Shown piece after piece: positions 27,892-40,836 of a DNA stretch of 64,000 nt. Under the pieces are notes generated by a model. The model searched no databases and was not told the origin of the DNA. It saw nothing but the letters and a program-made list of their open reading frames with translations. Source of the DNA: Octopus vulgaris (taxonomy: Eukaryota); the NCBI GenBank assembly GCA_951406725.2, contig OX597822.1, positions 106,330,001 to 106,394,000 on the forward strand, given 5' to 3'. A program made the translations under genes and the position numbers. Each line of letters begins with the position of its first letter. The stretch's first letter is position 1.

Positions 27892-30139
27892 TAGATATAT
27901 ATATATAGATATATATATAATCCCATTGAAACAGCTGTAGAGCACAAATGAATGAAGAATTATATGTGAAACATGCATTTCTGAACTATCATTTTAACCA
28001 ATGCTATATATACATGTAAGTTTATTCCACCAGGATTTGGGCACCATAACAATGTGCTGGAGTTTAATGATGTTTTGTTAATTGACCTCTTAATTATCAT
28101 GGATATATTTTATGGTTATACACAAACTCAAAATATATACATGTGTGATAAAATGATGTAGCAATATATAATTAACAAATGCTAATTAACTTCAGGCTTA
28201 ACTCCCACTAATTACAAAAATTCAACATGTTATTACATGTTATACCAAAAATGAAAAAGTCATCAATCATTTTCAAAATTAATTAAGGTAATTAAAAATT
28301 TCTTAATCGTTCCCATGTCAATTGACTTAACATTTTCCCTGCTACACATGACATCTTAGCCAAATTTTCTAACAGACTATTAATCAATTAAAAAAAAAAC
28401 ATTTATTTCATTTCAAGATTCTAAACCTGATTCTAAAGCTTTCAAGAAATGTAGTGGAAAAAATATTGCTTTATTTCTTTATTTATTCCAGTTGCATGGA
28501 ACAGTTTGCCACAGGAAGGGGCTAGAAATGTCCATTCTCTAAGAGGAAAAGAATTAAGAAACATGAGTGTTCCAAGAAGAGAATATATACTAAATATTTT
28601 CAGATAACGAATGTCACACTGAGATATATTTCTTCTCCCCAAAATGTTAAAGTATAACAAATCATGATAGGTTTTCTCTTTGCAAAATTCCTCAAATTCT
28701 GTCTTTTCTTGCCTACACAGACCATCTTGAATCTGTAAAAGTATCAAAACTGCATTTCTTTTCCTTTTGCCATTAAATTGAATTTCCTATTTTTTAAATT
28801 AATACACCCACCAAAGAAAACAAGTGAGAAACTGGTGATGTTTAATTGTCTATTTTAGATTCATACACTGCAGATCGCTGCTAGTTTTATATAAGTAACT
28901 GGCAAAGTGAAGGTGGCCAAGACATTATAAAATATCAACATAATAATGAAAATAATAATTATCTTTTCTACTGTAGGCATAAGGCCTGAAATTTGGGGGG
29001 AAATTTGGGGAAAGGGGTTAAGTCAATTACATCAAATCCAATGTGTAACTGCTACTTTTTTAATTGACCCCAAAAGAATGAAAGGCAAAGTCAACCTTAG
29101 TGGAATTTGAACTTGGAACATAGTGACAGGCAAAATACCGCTAAGCATTTCATCCAACATGCTAACAATTCTGCCAGCTCACTGCCTTAATAATAAACTT
29201 TTTTACTTATAGGCACAAGGCCTGGATTTTTGTGGAGAGGGAGATGATCACATCGATCCAGTTACTCAACTGGTACTTAATTTATTAACCCCCAAAAGGA
29301 TGAAAAGCAAAGTCAAACTCAGCAGAATTTGAACTCAGAACATAGTGACATATGTATATATATGTGTGTGCGTGTGTGTGGTTGTGTGTCTGTGTTTGTT
29401 CCCCCCAACATCGCTTGACAACTGATGCTGGTGTGTTTACGTCCCCGTAACTTAGCGGTTCAGCAAAAGAGACTGATAGAATAAGTACTAGGCTTACAAA
29501 GAACAAGTCCTGGGGTTGATTTGCTTGACTAAAGGCGGTGCTCCAGCATGGCCACAGTCAAATGACTGCAACAAGTAAAAGAGTAAAAGAGAGAGTATAT
29601 TTTATCAAACCCTGAAAAGATGAAAAGAAAAGTTGACCACAGCAGAATTTGAACTCAGAAATGTATGGAACTGGAACAAATACTGCAAGACATTTTTTCC
29701 AACGCTCTACCAATTCTGCCAGCTTGCCACTTTAATACCGGGTTCAAATCTAAGCACAAGACCAACGACTTTGAGGGGAGTGGATCAAGTTATACAGTCG
29801 ACCCCCAGAGGAATGAAAAGCATATATAATCTCAACAGGATTTGAATTAAGAACATGAAAAGATAGAAATACTGCAAAGTATTTTCTCTGATTAACCTGC
29901 TGCCTGCATATGATAATAATAATTCTTTCTACCAGGGGTACAAGGCCTGAAAGTTTAGAGGAGGGTGCTAGTTGATTACCTCAACCCCAGTATTTCACTG
30001 GTACTTATTTTATCAGCCTTGAAAGGATGAAAGGCTGAGTCAACCTCAGCAGAATTTGAACTCAGAATGTACAGACAGATGAAATGCTGCTAAGCATTTT
30101 GTCCAGAATGCTAATGATTCTGCCAACTCCCCACTTTAT

Positions 30140-30174
<35 letters not shown>

Positions 30175-30713
30175 CAGGCAGTGGCTCTCGTGGCTTCTGA
30201 TCTTAACTGATTGGAAGTGTTATCATGTACATTGTTTTGTCTTGGTATAAAAGATGGGCTACAGCAAATATTCTGCTCAATACCACAGATTTGCTTGTCA
30301 GTTGTTTGACCTTAACCAGTTGAGCATGTCCCTTAGTGGCTGACGATATGTGCAACTCTAATCACGAGCAGAAGTAGTGGGGGAGCATCAGAGCCATGAG
30401 TTGAGAGGGATTCTTTGGGATTTGAATAATTCACCTCTGGAAACATGGGTGGTTCTTTCAACATCCTTAAACAATCCTTATTCATGGACCCTTTGAGCGG
30501 GATGGGCTACACGACCAGAAGAAAATTCTAACTGGGCCCCACCTGCAAGGTCATGCGCTGTTTATCTTGATATGAGATCACCATGTTGCGCACATATGGT
30601 TGCGATGCATGTGCCTGGTGTGCCCTTATCAGATGGGTAGTCTTGGTGGGTATACTGGGCTTCGTATATTTTACCCCAGTGTCACTTTGATGGCATGCAC
30701 TGCTCTCTCACTC

Positions 30714-30714
<1 letters not shown>
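30175..30714 (+). mobile_element. Non-coding retroelement fragment flanked by (AAT)n, possibly an R4/Dong-type 3'UTR
   Basis: A 540-bp higher-GC block with (AAT)n on both sides. TAA-repeat targeting is known for Dong/R4 elements. No ORF is present to confirm this. Confidence 0.45.
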
Positions 30715-30752
<38 letters not shown>

Positions 30753-31834
30753 TCTTTCTACTAAAGGCACAAGGCCTGAAATTGCGGGAGAGGGGGCTAG
30801 TTGACTGCATCAACCTCAGTGTTTCACTGGTACTTGATTTATTGGCTCCAAAAGGGTAAAAGGCAAAGTCAACCTCGGCGGAATTTGAACACTGAATGTG
30901 AAGGTGGACGAAAGGCTGCTAAGCATTCTGCCCAGTGTGCTAATGATTCTGCCAGTTCGCCAATAATGAAAAGTTTCAAATTTTGGCACAAGGCTACCAA
31001 TTTCAAACGAGAAGACAAGTTGATTACAACAACCCAAGTGTTCAATTGCTGTGTATTTTACCAACTGCACAAAAAGGATGAACAGCAAAGTCCACCTTGG
31101 CTGGATTTGAAATGAGAATGTTGCAGCCGGAAGCATTAATTAATATGTTTCTGTCAGTTCATAATAAAAATAACTGTTTCTAATACATGCCGGAAAGTTT
31201 AGGGGAGCAGGGAGGTAGGGGGGGGGTGGCTAGGCGATTATACTGATCCCAATGTTCGGCTGGTCCTTTATTTAATCAACCCCAAAAGGATGAAACACAA
31301 AGTCCACTTCAGCAGAATTTGAACTCAGAACGTAAAGAAGGACGAAATACCAGTAAGCATTTTTTGTCTGGATTAGTAACAATTCTGCCAGCTCATAATA
31401 ATAATAATAATAATAATAATGAGGGTTTCAAATTTTGGCACAACAGGCCAACAGTTTTTGAGGGGAGGGGAAGTTGATTACATCGACTCCAGTATGTAAT
31501 GGGTACTTATCTTATCAACCGTGAAGGAATGAAAGGCAAAGCTGACTTTGGCTTAATTTGAGCTCTGAATGCAAAGACAGACAAAAAAAATGCAAATAAG
31601 TATTTTGTCCAACATGCTAACAATTCTGCTGGTTCATAATAATAATAATAATAGTAATAATTATAAAAATAATAAAGATAATAATAATGCAATTAGTTAG
31701 ACTATAAGACATACAGTTTTAAAAAATCCCACAGATTTGGATGTTCAAGGAGAAAAAAAAAAAAGAGAAAATAACCATTTGATTAAATTTGTTGCTCAAA
31801 GAATATGGTAAAAATACAATGGTAATGGTGGCAC

Positions 31835-31891
31835 TCAGAGAGTAATATCCGATGATGATGGAACAGACAATGGATGTTCTGGACTGTGTTT
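31835..31891 (-). CDS. MED19: MED19 last coding exon (KHSPEHPLSVPSSSDITL*)
   Basis: HSP(D/E)HP motif of the MED19 C-terminus. Polypyrimidine tract with tttcag acceptor, and TGA at 31837-31835. Total CDS is 708 nt. Confidence 0.88.
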   Translation of the reverse strand, partial: KHSPEHPLSVPSSSDITL

Positions 31892-32055
31892 CTGAAATAG
31901 AAGAAAATTTCAAATATATACATCCATAGATATTGATATTCATAAATATGTATATATATATATATATCCCATGCTAGCATGGAAAACGGACGCTAACTGA
32001 TGATGATGATGATGATGATGATATTAGAAGGTTTGGAGATGATGTACAGGTATTT

Positions 32056-32383
32056 TATATTAGAAAAAATGAGGTACTCAGAAATTCGGATGGTTTTATA
32101 TTTACAGATATTTATTCGTATATTACATGTTTTTATACATCATATAACTTATATCATATATATTAGCGCTTTCTCCCATTCTAGTGGGGTTTTCAAATCG
32201 AACTAAGTTCCTGTGAAAATGGTCAACTTAGTTCGATTTGAAAACCCCACTAGAATGGGAGAAAGCGCTAATATATGATATATGATATAAGTTATATGAT
32301 GTATAAAAACATGTGATATACAAATAAATATCTGTAAATATAAAACCATCCGAATTTCTGAGTACCTTATTTCTTCTAATATA
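32056..32383. mobile_element. Palindromic element, family C (~155-bp arms), with hammerhead-like motifs on both strands
   Basis: Spacer cctgtgaaaatggtc. TTGAAAA-cccc..tggga-GAAA-gcgcTA at 32238-32270 (+) and 32196-32164 (-). Confidence 0.65.
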
Positions 32384-32885
32384 TATATAAATGTATGTGT
32401 ATTTTTTCAATGTGTACAAATAAGATGGAAAAAAAAAATAAATAGTTAACAGGGTAGCAAAATTTCACAAAGGCGCCAAGGATATGACAGCCTACTTATA
32501 AAAGTAGAAATTCCAGGGTTCAGTGAAATGTTTTTGATTAACAAAAATGCACAGATTTTAGAAATTAAATAATATTATCAACACAACAACAAAGCAGAGA
32601 GTGGTAATTATTTTCATTTTTTTTTACTTTTAGTGTTTCAAATTTACACATTACTATTTGCAGACAGAGCCATCCACAAGTTTCCCTAGATTTTCCTTAT
32701 TTTACCGTTTCCAATTTAATTCAGTGAAAATAATCAACTTTCGTAAACAACTGAGAGACATTCCAAAAGTTTGTTCTTTTCTTTTGTTTCCATTTTTAGG
32801 AACACTAACCAATTCCCTGTGATATACTTTTATCTTTTTACTAGTCACAACTGCATACTGGGACACCCCCTTGAAGGGTCTAACT

Positions 32886-33419
32886 CAGTGGTTCTCAACC
32901 GGGGTCCCATACTTGCAAATTAGTAAATTCAGGGCACACAGCAGTACATTAAGGGGCCATGAAAGTATTTTGCTTTAGATGTAGTTTAGATTGCAAGAAA
33001 CAGCTAGATTTCTCCTTCTCTTTAATGTTTTACAGAGTCCAGCCAACACAAGTTAATGTTTGAAAAACAAAATAGGAATTTGGAAAGAAGTATCTATAAA
33101 ACTGGTTTTTAATCCTTTAAGCATTCAGATTTCTTTGTGAAATTTATTGCTTATTTATTCATACTGTTTTGAATTAATCACATGTTATTTGGCAACTTCA
33201 AAATTTAAATGGTGTGGCTATATATTTTTAAAATGAGATTGTAGGGTAGGTGTGAGAGGTTGGATCCAGACAGTTTTAACATAAAACAGGTGGAATATTT
33301 GGGTCGGATTAAATGCTAAAGGGTTAAACATCAAATGGTTATGGTGGGGGTGGGGGAATCCACTAGAATAAAATAGTAATCAAAGGGGTCCATATATAAA
33401 AAATGGTTGAGAACCCCTG
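32886..33419. mobile_element. hAT-type MITE containing a nested piggyBac-like MITE (~33109-33327)
   Basis: TIRs cagtggttctcaacc / ggttgagaacccctg with a degenerate 8-bp TSD gtctaact/gtttagct. The inner element has ttaatcctttaagcatt / aatgctaaagggttaa ends. Confidence 0.7.
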
Positions 33420-35562
33420 GTTTAGCTGAACAAATTGATTTCAGTATGTATTTTTAAGACTGGTACTTGTTCCATTGGTCTTTTAGGCAAATTGCTAAGT
33501 TAAAGAGATGAAAGCAAAACAACACAAGTTGCCAAGCAGAATTGGGGACAAACACAAACCCATGCATACAGATACGACAGGCTTCTACACAAGTTCCCAT
33601 CAAACAAATTCACAGGGCATTTGTTGGTCCTAAGGTATAGTAGATAACACTTTTCCAAGGTACCATGCGGTGAAACTGAACCCAAAACCAAATGGTTGAA
33701 AAGTAAGCTTCTGAACCACAGACGTATCCAAGCTTGCACATGTTTTAGTTGTATATTTTAGCTTTATGTTTTCATTTATTCTTTTATTTATTTATTTTCT
33801 CACTGGGTCAGATGAATTCAAGGACCACTTTAGTCCCTTAGCCTTACAAGTTGAAACGCAATCATAAAAAGGCCCCCAGTACTGCTCTAAAGTGGGTGGC
33901 ATGAAGAAAGGCATTCAGCCATAGAAACCATGCCAAAGCAGACACTGATGCTTCACAGTACTCCGACATATAAAATCCTGTGAAACCATCCAACCCATAT
34001 CACCATGGAAGCTGGATGTTAACCCTTTCATTACCAACCCGGCTGAAACCGACTCTGGCTCTGAGTACAAATGTCTTGTTTTCATAAGTTTTGTATTAAA
34101 ATCTTCCACCAGACCTTAGTCACAATTTATGTTCCTAACATTAGCTTAATGATAGCAAAGTTATTTTACTAAATTCTTTGTTATATTTGAAGAAATTGAA
34201 AGAAACACAGAGCATCTCAAAATAGATACAGTAATGAAAGGATTCAATGATTATGACAATGATGATGTAGACAAATTTGAATTGATGCTCCTTACTACGA
34301 AATAGTTGAGTCCCTGAACATCTGAGAGTGCACTTCATCATCATCATCATCGTCGTCATCGTCGTTTAACGTCCGCTTTCCATGCTAGCATGGGTTGGTG
34401 AACCAGATGGCTGCACCAGGCTCCAGTCTTGATCTGGCAGAGTTTCTACAGCTGGATGCCCTTCCTAACGCCAACCACTCTGAGAGTGTAGTGGGTGCTT
34501 CTTACATGCCACTGGCACGGGGGCCAGTCAGGCGGTACTGGCAACGACCTCGCTCCAATTTTCTTACACATACCAACGGCACAGGTGCCAGTAAGGCGAT
34601 GCTGGTTCATTATAGATTATATTTGCTTATACATCCATGTGTATGGATGTAGACAGCTGCATACAGAAGCGCCAATCATTCAAAGTGGATGGAACTTGTG
34701 GAAGAGGGAGTCCCAGGAAGACATAGGAGTAAGTAATTGAAGACCGATCTCAAGACACTGAGCCCTATGAAAGAGATGACAAAGGACCGAGATACCTGGC
34801 ACCTCGCTGTACTCAAGAAGACCTATCTGTCACAGAAGAATTGGTACCGGTACTGATGTCACATAAAAAGCACTCATGCTGGTGTCACGTTACAGACAGT
34901 GATACTGATGCCAAATAGAAAGCACCCAGGAGACTCTTCAGAGTGGTTGGCATTAGGAAGGACAGATAGCCGTAGAAACCAAGCCAGAACAGACAATGAA
35001 GCCAGGTGCAGCCACTGGTACTTACCAGCTCTGGTCAAACCGTCCATCCAATGCCAGCATGGAAAACAGGCGTTAAATGATGATGATGTCAATACCAAGA
35101 GTATTACTCATGGGTAATGGGTAATCTTGAAAGTGTTCTTTTGCCACCATAATTATTAATTATTACAATAATTATTAATTATTACAATAATTATTAATTA
35201 TTACAATAATTATTAATTTCATCAGATTTCTTGGTGCTAATACTAAAAAATGAAATGAATGCTAATTTTTGAAAGAAAAATATTTATTACCTTAAAATAA
35301 AATTAAATAAAACAAATTTATTTATTTAACTCCTCCCTTTGCTGTCATTTAGTCCCTCTTTTTCCACTATTCCTATGATTTTTTTTTGTCGTTCATTCAG
35401 AGGGGAAGGGGCTATTCTCTTACACTTTGCTTGCCACCAAGCCTAGTATATGCAATCATCCTGCACCTCTAACATGATCTCTCCCTTCTCTCTCTTTCAC
35501 TGTCTTATCCTCTATACAATGCAACCAACTAACTTTTACATCAGCTACTATTATATAGAAAG

Positions 35563-35939
35563 TGGAGGCCCAGTGGTTAGGGCAGCGGACTCGCGGTCGT
35601 AGGATCGCGGTTTCGATTCTCAGACCGGGCGTTGTGAGTGTTTATTGAGCGAAAACACCTAAAAAGCTCCACGAGGCTCCGGCAGGGATGGTGGTGATCC
35701 CTGCTGTACTCTTTCACCACAACTTTCTCTCACTCTTACTTCCTGTTTCTGTTGTACCTGTATTTCAAAGGGCCGGCCTTGTCACTCTCTGTGTCACGCT
35801 GAATATCCCCGAGAACTACGTTAAGGGTACACGTGTCTGTGGAGTGCTCAGCCACTTACACGTTAATTTCACGAGCAGGCTGTTCCGTTGATTCGGATCA
35901 ACCGGAACCCTCGTCGTCGTAACCAACGGAGTGCTTCCA
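35563..35939 (+). mobile_element. Family-3 tRNA-derived SINE
   Basis: tRNA-like head ggcccagtggttagggcagcggactcgcggtcg..ggtttcgattc. Confidence 0.85.
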
Positions 35940-37038
35940 TCCCATTATCATCATCATCATCATCGTCGTCGTTTAACGTCCGTTCTCCATGCTAGCATGG
36001 GTTGGACGGTTCGACCGGGAATCTGGGAAGCCAGAAGGCTGCACCAGGCTCCAGTCTTATCTGGCAGTGTTTCTACAGCTGGATGCCCTTCCTAACGCCA
36101 ACCACTCCGTGAGTGTAGTGGGTGCTTTTTACGTGCCACCAGCACAGGTGCCAGGCGAGGCTGGCAACGGCCACGGTCGGATTGGTGTATTTTATGTGCC
36201 ACCGGCACGGAAGCCAGACGAGGCAGTGCTGGCATCGGCTACGAGTCGGATGGTGCTTTTTACGTACCACCAGACCAGGGATCATAGAAATATATTTATT
36301 ATAGAGTAACAGAAAGAAAAAAAAAATACAAGAATCAAAGGGAAATAACTCAAATGAACCAATGGCATGAACTGCGATAAATAAGTAGCAGGGTGATGCA
36401 TTGAATACCATACAATAATTCTTAATAGCAATTTCCCAATCTAGCAGCAACTGTTACAAGGGAGATAATTTCAAGGAATTAATTTTTCACAATTAATCTA
36501 ATTAATTTATCATTGAGGCTTTCTATTTTTATTCTGTTTCTAATTTCATGCATTTGATTGTGGTCATGCTGCAGCACCTCCTTCATATTGACCTCAGTAA
36601 TGATTTTAATATAAATCTCTTAAAGTTTTTTTTTTTCTATATGAATAGGATGAAACAACAAATATAACCTTTATTTGCCAGGAAGGGATAACTATGCACA
36701 TGTTCCAGCCCATTACACCTTATTAGCATAGCATAGTCCACTCAAGCCTGCTTGTTGATCAGCTGACAAAGATTTTTACATGTAGAATGAGTTATGTATA
36801 AGTTATGGCCAATATAATTTGCATAGCTAAAAAAATAATTTTAGAAAATGAGCTAAGGGAACTAACTCAAATAAATCAATGACAAAAATTTGAATAAATA
36901 AATTAAGAGGTCATATACTGAATGCCAATATGCAAATTCCTAATTGAAATCTTCTCAGTTGGAGAAAGAGGACAAAAACCTAGCGGCAATTGTTAGCAAG
37001 TCTAAGAAGAAGGGAGATAATTTTAATATAAAGAAATT

Positions 37039-37355
37039 AAACAATTGCAGCATGGAAGGTGTTTATAAGCCATTTAAGAAACACACAAAATCCATTAGAT
37101 TCACTTCAACATTTAAATTTAATTTGTCAAAATATTTTCGTCGCTTTGAGACCGCGACCTGTTCACTGACATAACTTCGTGCTGCATCTCAAAGCGACGA
37201 AAATATTTTGACAAATTAAATTTAAATGTTGAAGTGAATCTAACAGTTTTTATATGTTTCTTAAATGGCTTTTAAACACCTTCCACGCTGCAATTGTTTT
37301 CGTTCCAGCACTCGATCTCAGATCAGGTCACTTGCTATGCAAGTACATCTCCGTA
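37039..37355. mobile_element. Palindromic element, family B, with a G3-C8 hammerhead motif at 37173-37123 (-)
   Basis: Inverted arms of ~110 bp. The minus strand reads tgtca-GTGAACA-g-GTCGC-ggtctcaaa-GCGAC-GAAA-atattt-tgaca. A terminal fragment is also at 62827-62902. Confidence 0.72.
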
Positions 37356-37549
37356 AAAAAGAAATTAAAATTTTGTTGTTAATTTATTATAATTCTGATT
37401 TTCCTTTTTTTTTAATTCTTTTATTGATTTCATTTACTGAATGATTGCTATGTAGAAATGACGTAATGTATATCAGCAAAATGGTTTGAGTTGTTTTTTA
37501 ATATAAAGGAATGCAACTTGACAAACAGTTTCACATAAGTAAGCAATGA

Positions 37550-37588
<39 letters not shown>

Positions 37589-37782
37589 CTCACCAACATC
37601 ATCATCATTATCATTATTATTATTATACATCCACTTCAAGTTGGATGCCGGGTGTGTTTTGGACTGTAGCTTCAAGTGGACCAATTGTTGTTTTCATGTT
37701 TGGATTAACTCGGCTTCACAGACCCCAGTTGAACCGTCCAACCCATGCTAGCATGGAAAACGGACGCTAAATGATGATGATG

Positions 37783-37818
<36 letters not shown>

Positions 37819-37849
37819 TTATATATGGTAGGTGAAATATGGAATGTAT

Positions 37850-38760
37850 GAGAATTTTTATTAATCACGACAATTGTTTAGACACATGTAGCATCAATCC
37901 CTCATGCGGGGGACACTCAACAACTGGTTCAGGAGCATCCATCCGGCAGTGCAGATGTGCCTCGTTAGGTAATATATAGATATAAATCATTAAAATAACA
38001 GTTCCACAATGCATCTTCTCATTTCATACGAAGAAAAGCAGCAAAACAAAAGAATATGTCTTCATTTATATAAGAAGATCAAAAATAAAATAACAGATGC
38101 AAAAAAGAAACAAACACACAATACAACAAGAAAAGCATTAATAATAACTGTTACCAAATATTGATGTGCAAAAGCCCTCATGCAATTTGCATGACGTGTA
38201 CATACACACACGTGTGGTTTGGTGCACACATATTCACATAGCGAGTTACATAGCGACTTGGGGTTTATAAGAATGGGGAAGTTGAAGCTAAACTTAATTC
38301 ATCCACACTTTAAAGTAAACTATGTTGACAATTACTCAAAATTCATTCCCACTGCATTGTGCGAAAGTACATTTATATGCATGTACGCATCTTGGGAGTC
38401 TTTCAGAAATTCTATTAATGATTTTCTCGTTGGTCCTTAGAATACACAGGGATTCCTCGGAGGAGAGTCAGCATCTCCTGGAAATGATATTGTATGGTTT
38501 TGCATGCCTTACTATGGACCAAGTCATGCTATACTCAATTTTATCCTCCTTCAATCACCACACAAAATCGGCCAAGGACGTTGAATGTCTCTTATTGATT
38601 CTCTTGAAGCTGACAACATGGTTGTGATAATGATTCTTAAACGAATCAGCTGTCTGCCCAATGTAAACATACGACCCTCCCCTTCTGTGCACAGTACATT
38701 TATAAACAAGATTTTTACTCATACAGAGATTCATCAATGGGCATTTTGATATTTCTCAGC
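37850..38760 (-). mobile_element. Decayed Penelope-like element: GIY-YIG endonuclease remnant plus downstream pLTR-like region with a degenerate hammerhead
   Basis: Encodes NLVYKCTV...YVYIGQTADSFKNHYHNHVVSF...STSLADFVW*LKE...WSIVRHAKPY (38737 to ~38370). Hammerhead remnant at 37973-37864 on the same strand. Confidence 0.78.
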
Positions 38761-39199
38761 CTGAGCATTTATCATGTCTTTTAACTATTCCTTATTTCAA
38801 GGATGTGCCCCAAATGCTGGGGCACATCCTTGATGGATTTAGCTGCACAACTGACCCCAGTACATATTTTTAAGTCTGGTACTTATTCTATCCGTTTCTT
38901 TTGTCAAACCATTCAGATATGGGGGTCATAAACAAACCACCACCCCTTCCCCACACACAATGGGCTTCTGCATAGTTTCCATCAATCAAATTCACTCAAG
39001 AATTGTTGGTTGACCAAAGCTATAGAAAGAGACACACATATACAGACAATGAGATTCTGCACACTTTTCCAACCATCTAAATTCCATTCATAAGGCATTG
39101 GTCAAGCCAAGAACATAGTGACATCCCCAAACTGCCACACAAGCAAAATCCCAAACTTTTTGTGCAGGTAACAGATAAATAAATATCTCTAAACATTAC

Positions 39200-39297
39200 C
39201 TTCTTCTTTTTCTTTTTTCGTTTCTTTTTCTCTTTCTCTTCATCTGATCGTTTCACTTTCTTCTTTTTATCGTGACCAGTATCGGAAGAATTTTCTC
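39200..39297 (-). CDS. MED19: MED19 coding exon 5 (GENSSDTGHDKKKKVKRSDEEKEKKKRKKKKKK)
   Basis: Lys-rich C-terminal region typical of MED19. Has a ttcaag acceptor and AAG|gtaatg donor; 98 nt, phase 1 to 0. Confidence 0.88.
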
Positions 39298-39379
39298 CTT
39301 GAAAGAAATGAAAACATTATTTCAGACTTAATAAAAATTATAGAGCACAGCACCGTTACAATGTTACATTACATATACA

Positions 39380-39832
39380 TTTCGATGACTGGCATCCGTG
39401 CTAGTGGAGCGCTAAGAGCACCATCCGAGCATGATCGTTGCCAGAGCGGCTAACTGGCTTCTGTGCCGGTGGCACGTAAGCACCATTCGAGCGTGATTTG
39501 TAACCAGCGCCGCCTTACTGGCACATGAAAATATATTCAAGCGAGGTCGTTGCCAGTGCCTCCGGACTGGCTCCTGTGCCTGTGGCATGTAAAAAAGCAC
39601 CATTTGAGCGTGGCCGTTGCCAGTACCGCCTGACTAGCCCTCGTGTCGGTGGCACATAAAAGCACCCACTACACTCTCGGAGTGGTTGGTGTTAGGAAGG
39701 GTATCCAGCCGTAGAAACTCTGCTAGATCCAGATTGGAGCATGGTTCAGCCAGCTGGTTTGCCAGTCCTCAGTCAAATCGTCCAACCCATGCTAGCATGG
39801 AAAGCGGACATTAAACGATGATGGTGATGATC
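39380..39832 (+). mobile_element. Family-4 non-autonomous retroelement with (TGA)n tail and internal minisatellite-like units
   Basis: 3' end ggttggcgttaggaagggcatccagc...gtccaacccatgctagcatggaaagcggacgttaaacgatgatg. About 12 copies lie between 31970 and 49470 in both orientations. Confidence 0.8.
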
Positions 39833-40465
39833 ATGGTGCTACTTTGGCCTGTGATCTACAATCTAAAGGGAGATTATTTTAAATCACTTTTTAGTTTACT
39901 TTTCAAATTCTAAATTTTTTAAATAAATTCTTTCGTACATACTTAGCATTATAAGCATATATATTTTTCAAAATTATCACTATTTTGATAATAATAAAAC
40001 CATGTTTCATTTACGTCTTAATAAACCGCTTGACAACCGATGCTGGTGTGTTTACGTCCCCGTAACTTAGCGGTTCGGCAAAAGAGATCCGACAGAATAA
40101 GTACTAGGCTTACAAAGAACAAGCCCTGGGGTCGATTTGCTCGACTATAAAAGCGGTGCTCCAGCATGGCCACTGTCAAATGACTGAAACAAGTAAAAGA
40201 GTAAAACAGTAACCTAAAGTAATCTCCCTTTAAATTGTAGACACCCCCCCCCCACTCATGCTAAAGTAGCATCCATTTAAGAACATATGAATGGAAAAGT
40301 TAAACTACACTTATAAATAAACGTAAGCAATTTCTTGGCCACCTTTAGCAACAGAACAGAGCCACTACAGATTAATTTTGCCTCGGTCAATTATGGTTAA
40401 TGATATTAATAACAGTAGAGTCATTGACTGATCCTATTATATAGTAAACTCAATGGAGTAGAAAA

Positions 40466-40836
40466 TATATTTCTTTACTGCCCACAAGGGGCTAAACACA
40501 GAGGGGACAAACAAGGACAGACAAAGGGATATAGTCGATTACATCAACCCCAGTGGGAAACTGGTACTTTATTTATCGACCCCGTTAGGAAGGGCATCCA
40601 GCTGTAGAAACATTGCCAGATAAGACCGGAGCCTGGGGCAGCCTTCTGGCTTCCCAGATCCCCGGTCGAACCGTCCAACCCATGCTAGCATGGAGAACGG
40701 ACGTTAAACGATGATGATGATGATGATGAAAGGCAAAGTCGACCTTGGCGGAATTTGAACTCAGAACGTAGCGACAGACGAAATACGACTACGCATTTCG
40801 CCCGGCGTGCTAACGTTTCTGCCAGCTCGCCGCCTT
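40466..40836 (-). mobile_element. Family-1 SINE interrupted by a family-4 3' fragment (40585-40728)
   Basis: The (TGA)n tail of the insert merges into the host's gatgaaaggc. Confidence 0.8.
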
